DNA of 53,691 nt from a virus (Duplodnaviria > Caudoviricetes). The stretch spans positions 1-53,691 of the IMG/VR virus record IMGVR_UViG_3300030430_003901; one strand, written 5' to 3'. Positions 16,965 to 22,495 of this stretch are shown one piece after another. The notes under the pieces were generated by a model. That model was not told where the DNA came from, did no database searches, and worked only from the letters and a program-made list of their open reading frames with translations. The translations under genes were made by a program, and so were the position numbers. Within the stretch, counting starts at the first letter, position 1. The number at the start of each line of letters is the position of its first letter.

Positions 16965-18276
16965 CGTTCTCAAGTTTTGCAAGATACTCAAATTGTGCAT
17001 CGTTCTGCTTTCCAAACAACTCGATGAAGTGTTGTTCGTTATGCTCCTCCTTCACATACTCGCTATCGAATGCACCCTTGAAAACTAAATCGCCTTGACA
17101 CGCATGAGACAGGTCATATATAATTTTACTATCATTAGGGTATTTGACAATCAAATTGCAATGACCATATCTCTTGGCAGGATATCCATTACTACCATAG
17201 GTTGTTGATGACTTGTCAGAAGTATAGACCTTACAGTTTGGGAACTTCTCTTGTAGTTTTCTTTTACTCTCAAGCAAGAAAACTTCTCGCCTTTGTTCTG
17301 CCTGTACCTTTTGGGTTTCTGTCTTAACCCACGCCCTATGGTCTAACATATATGTAGTGAAGTTGACAGTTCTCCTTGTTTCACTCCATCGATTAGTCAT
17401 TTTATAGTTCACAACCTTCCTGTCATATCCACTCCTTTTAGTAACCAAATTTCCTGTCAAAAGACTGACTGACTTGTCCTCATCGTATCGAGAACCTTTG
17501 ATGCTATAGTACAGTTTGGCTTCTCCCTTCTGCTTATATAATAAACCTCGGTTAGCGTCCCTGAAATTAAAGGTTACCTCCAACAGTTTACCCACAGTAT
17601 AACCATAACCTGATACTCCAAAAGATAAAGTTATCGAGTGTGTGTCTCTATCGTTAGACCAAACATCGTCCTCGAAGGTTATCTCATTGCCAATTACACC
17701 ATTGTACTCATCAGTATACCAATCCTTTCGTCTCTCAACGATTGGTTTCTCTTTATACTGCTGAATAAAACTTTTAATTTTGAGGTATTCGTCATAGTCC
17801 TCCCACGCACTATACATACGCATAGCGAGTTGGTCGCATAGATGATACTTAATCATTGAAATAAGTGCGATGTCAGGGACTAACTCACCTTTGATTCTTT
17901 TGAACTCGTGTAAGGTGTTACGCCATTTACTGACCTCTCCAACCTTATATATATACTCCCCTTCATTGTCAGAGTTTTTATACATCTTTGATATCAAGTC
18001 CTCATGCTTGAGTAAATCCATCCAAAAATCATTATGCTCTTGTTTGACAACAGCCCCTTGATATTCAGTTACAACCTTTGGTTGAGGTAGTGTCTTGTCA
18101 CTACTATAATGCTTGGCACTATCGTAGTCAGGGTTCGCCAAGAAGTCCTGTGTCGTGATTGTCGCACTCTCTATATAGGTGTCAAAGTTCTCGAATATTT
18201 CATTCACAAGAGCAACCTTGTGGATTGGATTCCTGAGTCTGCTTTCAGACATTTTCTGTTTTAGTGTTTTTTCCAT
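16954..18276 (-). CDS. Hypothetical protein, about 440 aa (start moved to MEKTLKQ)
   Basis: The track start at 18339 is the ATG inside the hammerhead CTGATGA core; ATG at 18276 follows an A-rich leader. Confidence 0.75.
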   Translation of the reverse strand: MEKTLKQKMSESRLRNPIHKVALVNEIFENFDTYIESATITTQDFLANPDYDSAKHYSSDKTLPQPKVVTEYQGAVVKQEHNDFWMDLLKHEDLISKMYKNSDNEGEYIYKVGEVSKWRNTLHEFKRIKGELVPDIALISMIKYHLCDQLAMRMYSAWEDYDEYLKIKSFIQQYKEKPIVERRKDWYTDEYNGVIGNEITFEDDVWSNDRDTHSITLSFGVSGYGYTVGKLLEVTFNFRDANRGLLYKQKGEAKLYYSIKGSRYDEDKSVSLLTGNLVTKRSGYDRKVVNYKMTNRWSETRRTVNFTTYMLDHRAWVKTETQKVQAEQRREVFLLESKRKLQEKFPNCKVYTSDKSSTTYGSNGYPAKRYGHCNLIVKYPNDSKIIYDLSHACQGDLVFKGAFDSEYVKEEHNEQHFIELFGKQNDAQFEYLAKLENDDS

Positions 18277-18291
18277 AATATAATTTTTTTT

Positions 18292-18348
18292 ATACCTAAG
18301 AACCCGAAGGTTCTTTCGTGCCATTTCAGGACTACTCATCAGAGGTAT
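18292..18348 (-). ncRNA. Hammerhead ribozyme 1 (type I)
   Basis: ATACCT-CTGATGA-GTAGTCCTGAAATGGCAC-GAAA-GAACC-TTCG-GGTTC-TT/AGGTAT. Stems I and III perfect, stem II imperfect. CUU triplet, predicted cut between 18298 and 18297. Confidence 0.8.
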
Positions 18349-18738
18349 TTAACACATCGCATTGAAGTGTCTTTCGATATCAGTAGCGATTATCTTTATC
18401 TCATTGAAGGAGTGTCGATAATCAGAACTCTCTACCTCATCTCTGACTTCAACTTTCATTCTCCTTGGCAACTCGTTATATATATCTATACCCTTCTCGT
18501 ATTTCTGTAGGGCTTCCCACACATACTTCTCACGACCATGCTTGAGGTAGTGCGTGTTAATCAATCTCGCACCTTCATATATATAATTAAGTGCGTGGTC
18601 TTTCTTGGTCTCATACGAGTTCTGTATGAGGTCTGAAGTAGATTTCCAAATCTTATTCAAGATTTCTTTCTGCTCCTTGTTGACACCTTGTGTCTCGAGA
18701 GCAATCAACTGTGTTTGTATTTCGAGTATTGGGTTCAT
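18349..18738 (-). CDS. Hypothetical early protein
   Basis: First gene after promoter copy 4; its stop directly abuts hammerhead 1. Confidence 0.7.
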   Translation of the reverse strand: MNPILEIQTQLIALETQGVNKEQKEILNKIWKSTSDLIQNSYETKKDHALNYIYEGARLINTHYLKHGREKYVWEALQKYEKGIDIYNELPRRMKVEVRDEVESSDYRHSFNEIKIIATDIERHFNAMC

Positions 18739-18757
18739 AGTGCTTTGAAAATTTCGA

Positions 18758-18789
18758 CAAACATACGAAAAGATTTCGACATATGCAAA
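18758..18789 (-). promoter_or_regulatory. Early-class promoter, copy 4
   Basis: TTTG-CATATGTCGAAATCTTTTCG-TATGTTTG. Confidence 0.8.
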
Positions 18790-18813
18790 TCTTTTTTTTG
18801 TCTGTCAGGTTAG

Positions 18814-18856
18814 GTTCAGGGAAGGGAATCGAACCCTTCTGCGTCCAACCCTGAAC
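18814..18856 (-). ncRNA. tRNA-like minihelix 3
   Basis: GTTCAGGG-TTGGACGCAG-AAGGG-TTCGATT-CCCTT-CCCTGAAC, a 13-bp coaxial stack. Confidence 0.7.
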
Positions 18857-18875
18857 TACAGGCATATATATATAA

Positions 18876-19334
18876 CTAAAAATCACCCTCTGCTACCTGA
18901 AAGCAGGGTATCCCATTCCTTCTCCACATCTTGACAACTTTATTCCTGTCATCAAAGACAGCAATTACTCTGTTCCTGTCAATGATTTGTGGGTCGTTCA
19001 ACCATGACTCCTTCAGTTCATCATCAGGCATCATGAGTTTGTCTAAAGGTCTCATAATCAGTGCCTTCCAAGGAACCTTATGCTCCTTCAACCACTTGAC
19101 AGTAGCGTCTTGTGTTGCTATACTTCTGCCACTAAATATATATATATCGTGGTTGAAATTGTCGAGTTCTCTCGCTGTCTTTATGACTGCGTGATTAGGT
19201 TTGTCCATGTCGATGTTCTTGGGGTCAAAAAATTTGTTCCAATCAATCTTACCTTCAGGAGTGCTTGAGTAATCTCTCCTGTCTTGGATGTCAGCGAGTG
19301 TGCCATCCAAATCAAAAATGTAAATGTCTCTCAT
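18876..19334 (-). CDS. Stand-alone HAD phosphatase, T4 PseT/PNK 3'-phosphatase-like domain
   Basis: IFDLDGTLAD, FSGR, LIMRP, FDDRNKVVKMWRRNGIPCFQVAEGDF; no kinase P-loop. Confidence 0.85.
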   Translation of the reverse strand: MRDIYIFDLDGTLADIQDRRDYSSTPEGKIDWNKFFDPKNIDMDKPNHAVIKTARELDNFNHDIYIFSGRSIATQDATVKWLKEHKVPWKALIMRPLDKLMMPDDELKESWLNDPQIIDRNRVIAVFDDRNKVVKMWRRNGIPCFQVAEGDF

Positions 19335-19343
19335 ATCTGTAAA

Positions 19344-19535
19344 TTAAGTTAAGTTATTTATTATTCTGTTCAACTTCCCACTCTCAACCTGATAAGTCAA
19401 ATCATCAACCATACCAAGTTCTCTATCTCGTTCTAACCGAGCGAGTTCGTCTTGGTAGATTTCCAATAGGTCTTTTTCTGCCATTGCTTTTCTGTTCCAA
19501 GCGTCTGCTTTTATTTGCCACTTTGTTTTTCTCAT
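19344..19535 (-). CDS. Hypothetical early protein
   Basis: (AT)n leader after tRNA-like element 4. Confidence 0.6.
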   Translation of the reverse strand: MRKTKWQIKADAWNRKAMAEKDLLEIYQDELARLERDRELGMVDDLTYQVESGKLNRIINNLT

Positions 19536-19555
19536 ATATATAAATTAAAATTAGT

Positions 19556-19596
19556 TTCAGGGGGTGGAATCGAACCACCCTGCAACCATTCCTGAA
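19556..19596 (-). ncRNA. tRNA-like minihelix 4
   Basis: TTCAGG-AATGGTTGCA-GGGTGG-TTCGATT-CCACCC-CCTGAA, a 12-bp stack. Confidence 0.7.
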
Positions 19597-19597
19597 T

Positions 19598-19644
19598 GAA
19601 GGACAATCACACCCCTCATAAATGAGGGGGGTGTGATTTCCTTC
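19598..19644 (-). other. Strong hairpin between stop codon and minihelix 4
   Basis: GAAGGAAATCACACCCCCCTCAT-TT-ATGAGGGGTGTGATTGTCCTTC; no U-tract. Confidence 0.7.
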
Positions 19645-19649
19645 GCTGA

Positions 19650-20066
19650 TTATACATTTAACCTTCTCTCCTTGATAGCGTCACAGAGTATCTCTCTGTA
19701 CTCTTGGCTACCTCTCCTGATAGCACCCAAAACATCGCCCTCCAAGACCGAGGTCATGAACGAACCTTCACCTTTTTTCATGGTGAACTTCATATCTATT
19801 TCACCATTGTCAGTCAGGTAGTATGCACACCTCGAACCGATATAACTGTCTGACTCATAATTCAAGTTTGATAACCCATCCATATCATTTATATTTTTAC
19901 ACAGGGCTGTAGTTAGAACCACTAACATTTGGTATCCTTCCCAATTAACCAAGTATTCGTAACTCTTGTAATGACCTGTTGGATGCACACCATCTGCTAA
20001 AGGTCTGCTTAGACACTTCGGTACGAAGTACTCGTTGATTTCGATTTTATTTGATTGTTTTTCCAT
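19650..20066 (-). CDS. Hypothetical early protein
   Basis: (AT)n leader directly after hammerhead 2. Confidence 0.7.
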   Translation of the reverse strand: MEKQSNKIEINEYFVPKCLSRPLADGVHPTGHYKSYEYLVNWEGYQMLVVLTTALCKNINDMDGLSNLNYESDSYIGSRCAYYLTDNGEIDMKFTMKKGEGSFMTSVLEGDVLGAIRRGSQEYREILCDAIKERRLNV

Positions 20067-20088
20067 CGTATATATATATTTAAAAATT

Positions 20089-20139
20089 TCTGTTTCGTCC
20101 TTTTGGACTCATCAGGATAGGCACACACCTATCGACAGA
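20089..20139 (-). ncRNA. Hammerhead ribozyme 2 (type III)
   Basis: TCTGTC/GATAGG-TGTGTG-CCTATC-CTGATGA-GTCC-AAAA-GGAC-GAAA-CAGA. All core bases and three stems present. GUC triplet, cut between 20134 and 20133. Confidence 0.93.
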
Positions 20140-20157
20140 GGGGGTCTTGCGACCCCC
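20140..20157 (-). other. GNRA-tetraloop hairpin immediately 5' of hammerhead 2
   Basis: GGGGGTC-GCAA-GACCCCC. Confidence 0.75.
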
Positions 20158-20164
20158 ATCTCGA

Positions 20165-21121
20165 TTACTTCCCCTCGAGAACATAGTCGACTGCTCTCGC
20201 TGACTTTGTCAGAGCCGATACAACTGCTTTCGAGTCCTCCATCTTAACCCTCTTGACCCATCCATTGATGTATGCTTGAGAGTTGGTTTCATCGTCACCA
20301 CAGTCAGTACAGATACCTGAGAGACCTGATAACATCATCGCACCACTCTCAGCAATCAGTTCCTCAAAAGCATATCTGTCAGCACCAAAGAAGGTGAAAT
20401 CAACTATGCCCTCTCTCTTGAGTCTGCTCTCATGACCTGTTGAGTGAATCATCTCATGGAACAGCGTCTTGTAGTAGTTATCTATTTTCTTGAACTGCTT
20501 CTTTTCAGGCATCACTATTTTGTCCTCTGTTGGACTGTAGTACGCTCTGTTTTGGTTGACATCCTTGATGGTCAACTTCTTGTTCGCCTTCTTGTAATCT
20601 CTGATTACCTTTTCAGCACTCTCGATTGGAGTAATCTCAACTTCCTCTGTTGGAACTCTTTTTGGTTTGATGTCGCCCTCTATCTGAGATATATTATATA
20701 CTCTGAAGTAGAACATCGAGAAATTTGTGTATACATCACTCTCCTCACATTTTTCCTTCCTGATACACTCATCAAGTTTTGTGTACCACTTACCTGAACC
20801 TTTAGGTTTGAATACGCAGTAGGAAATTTTCCAATTGTACACCTCAGAGTATTTCGTCATCTCATCTGTTTTTACTCTGTAACCTGCTTTCACGATTGAG
20901 TTCAGAGTAGCCCATTCGTTGACTGTGTACTCTCTCGCCCTCATCACATGGTTGAGGAAAAACTGATTGATACCTCTGTACTCTCTACCTGAGAAGTGGT
21001 TGATGGGGTGATTGTCCCCTGATTTCCATGGTCGGAACCATTGTAGACCTTCCTTCTGAAGACCTTCGAGAAGTGCCTGTTTGACCTTCTCTGTTACATC
21101 GAATTTAGATTTTTTTGTCAT
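20165..21121 (-). CDS. ardC: ArdC-like antirestriction ssDNA-binding protein with zincin-like C-terminal domain
   Basis: WFRPW, N..SGREYRGIN, RAYYSP..D.I.MP, TLFHEMIHSTGH..RL.R, YAFEELIAE. Confidence 0.88.
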   Translation of the reverse strand: MTKKSKFDVTEKVKQALLEGLQKEGLQWFRPWKSGDNHPINHFSGREYRGINQFFLNHVMRAREYTVNEWATLNSIVKAGYRVKTDEMTKYSEVYNWKISYCVFKPKGSGKWYTKLDECIRKEKCEESDVYTNFSMFYFRVYNISQIEGDIKPKRVPTEEVEITPIESAEKVIRDYKKANKKLTIKDVNQNRAYYSPTEDKIVMPEKKQFKKIDNYYKTLFHEMIHSTGHESRLKREGIVDFTFFGADRYAFEELIAESGAMMLSGLSGICTDCGDDETNSQAYINGWVKRVKMEDSKAVVSALTKSARAVDYVLEGK

Positions 21122-21160
21122 TTTTCAAAATTTTGGCTTTCGCCTGTTATATATATATTT

Positions 21161-21209
21161 CCTGTTTCGCCTTCTTTGGCTCATCAGCACAGGGTCACCT
21201 GTGGACAGG
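21161..21209 (-). ncRNA. Hammerhead ribozyme 3 (type III)
   Basis: CCTGTC/CACAGG-TGAC-CCTGTG-CTGATGA-GCC-AAAGAA-GGC-GAAA-CAGG. GUC triplet, cut between 21204 and 21203. Confidence 0.92.
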
Positions 21210-21227
21210 GGGGAACCGAAGTCCCCC
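21210..21227 (-). other. cUUCGg hairpin immediately 5' of hammerhead 3
   Basis: GGGGGAC-TTCG-GTTCCCC. Confidence 0.75.
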
Positions 21228-21232
21228 TCAGA

Positions 21233-21427
21233 CTACGCTACTCTGTCCTCGAATCCATAGAGGTCGCCAAGCGTTTGAAAGATGTTGTCTCTCTCTACCT
21301 CATATTCCTCCTCTGTAATCCAACCTTGAGCAAATAGTTTCTCGAGGTTGTCCTCAAGGAAAAATAAGTGTCTTGCTTCTTGAGTAGTGTTATCTGTTGT
21401 GTTAGTATTTGTAATATTCGTATTCAT
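21233..21427 (-). CDS. First early gene, hypothetical (start moved to MNTNITN)
   Basis: The track start at 21481 lies inside the promoter; ATG at 21427 follows a leader shared with ardC. Confidence 0.6.
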   Translation of the reverse strand: MNTNITNTNTTDNTTQEARHLFFLEDNLEKLFAQGWITEEEYEVERDNIFQTLGDLYGFEDRVA

Positions 21428-21478
21428 ATCTGTTAATTTTTGTGGCTCTCGCCTGTTATATTTATTTAAATTCATGCT

Positions 21479-21509
21479 CAAATATAGTTCAATTTTCGTT
21501 CAATCCAAA
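21479..21509 (-). promoter_or_regulatory. Leading early promoter (Bacteroidetes primary-sigma type)
   Basis: TTTG-GATTGAACGAAAATTGAAC-TATATTTG. Confidence 0.7.
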
Positions 21510-21521
21510 ATAAATTTCATT

Positions 21522-21589
21522 CAAATTGTTGATAAGTCAGTTCTTGTCTTTGTAAATCGTTGACTATCAAGCAGTTAGATTGTTGATAA
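21522..21589. promoter_or_regulatory. Cluster of DnaA-box-like and IHF-like sites
   Basis: TGTTGATAA at 21527 and 21581; TATCAAGCAGTTA (WATCAANNNNTTR) at 21565-21577. Confidence 0.45.
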
Positions 21590-21923
21590 ATATTTACTTT
21601 TGTTTGCGTAGATTTTGGTTCGTCTGAGGTTACCGAGGGAAGTCTCTTGTGTAAACTCTCTGTTTATATCATGCGTCACGAGGGAAGGACACCCTGAAAC
21701 GACTTGACACACTCTAACAGAGGTAGATTTTCAGCTCTTACAGGGGTAACAGTAAACTTTATATATATGAGGTAGAGACCCAAAAATAAAAACGGCAAAA
21801 AATCAGAGATGCACCTCAAGAAATGCGACCCCCCCAACAAAAAAAATTTGTGTTTTGCTGTATGGCACAGCAGCGTGTCAGGCATATATAACCCAACTAC
21901 TCCAAGTGTCTAAATAAATTTAT

Positions 21924-21931
21924 TATCTTTG
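21924..21931 (+). promoter_or_regulatory. -7 element TATCTTTG, first of a plus-arm series
   Basis: TAnnTTTG also lies just upstream of genes at 22465, 24984, 26820, 27415, 29686, 37974, 41457, 42149 and 51077. Confidence 0.65.
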
Positions 21932-21944
21932 TAGAAAAAGAATT

Positions 21945-22145
21945 ATGCATTTTAAAATTCCACCATCAATGCAGGGGTATGAAGTAAAGAACGGCAGACT
22001 AATTAACAATGCTGCTCCGTTACAGACCGGATTACAAACTGCATTAGAACTAAAGAAATCAATGAAGAGAGCAAAGAAGGTTCAAATGATTGCAGAAGGC
22101 AATGAACTAGCAAATGCTAACATAGACTTATTTAAGAAACTATAA
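21945..22145 (+). CDS. Hypothetical protein
   Basis: Has its own promoter and terminator. Confidence 0.65.
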   Translation: MHFKIPPSMQGYEVKNGRLINNAAPLQTGLQTALELKKSMKRAKKVQMIAEGNELANANIDLFKKL

Positions 22146-22217
22146 TCAATTTTCATATAGTTAGTTGTTTTGATTAGGTAGAGATTGTTTTTAGTAGTGT
22201 TTTGACAATCTTGTAAT

Positions 22218-22249
22218 AAAGGGACCACCTCATAGGTCCCTTTTCCTTT
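22218..22249 (+). terminator. Intrinsic terminator
   Basis: AAAGGGACC-acctcata-GGTCCCTTT-TCCTTT. Confidence 0.65.
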
Positions 22250-22253
22250 GATA

Positions 22254-22455
22254 TGTGTTAACAATAATATAGTTTGTGTTGACTTTGTGTTGACTTTGTG
22301 TTAACTTTTTTTTACTTAACTAACTGATAATCAATTACTTAATAATATTTGTGTTAACTTTACAACTTAAAGGGGGTCATAGACGGAAATAAAATATAAT
22401 GTAATATAAAAGAGAGAGAGAGTATAAAGAATAAAACTTAACACTCAACACAAAA
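22254..22455. repeat. Iteron-like 11-bp repeats TTTGTGTTRAC, candidate origin
   Basis: Tandem copies at 22273, 22284, 22295; further copy at 22348; partial at 22254; inverted near-copy at about 22444-22454; IHF-like AATCAATTACTTA at 22329-22341. Confidence 0.65.
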
Positions 22456-22495
22456 AAAAATTATTATCTTTGCATAATAATTAAATGCAATATTA

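Noticed and set aside
18653-18886. 77-aa minus-strand ORF
   Set aside because: Runs through minihelix 3, promoter copy 4 and the next gene. A short ORF from the ATG after the (AT)n run cannot be fully excluded.
15487-19596. Canonical tRNA genes suggested by GGTTCGA.TCC T-loops
   Set aside because: No D-stem/anticodon arm geometry and no CCA; kept as tRNA-like elements instead.
19598-21227. Hairpins at 19598, 20140 and 21210 as intrinsic terminators
   Set aside because: No U-tract follows on the sense strand; each abuts a cleavage-type element, so 3'-end stabilisers fit better.
21676-21885. 69-aa ORF in the divergence hub
   Set aside because: No leader or promoter context and atypical composition.
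22273-22305. CRISPR-like repeats
   Set aside because: 11-bp tandem units without spacers, and no cas genes.
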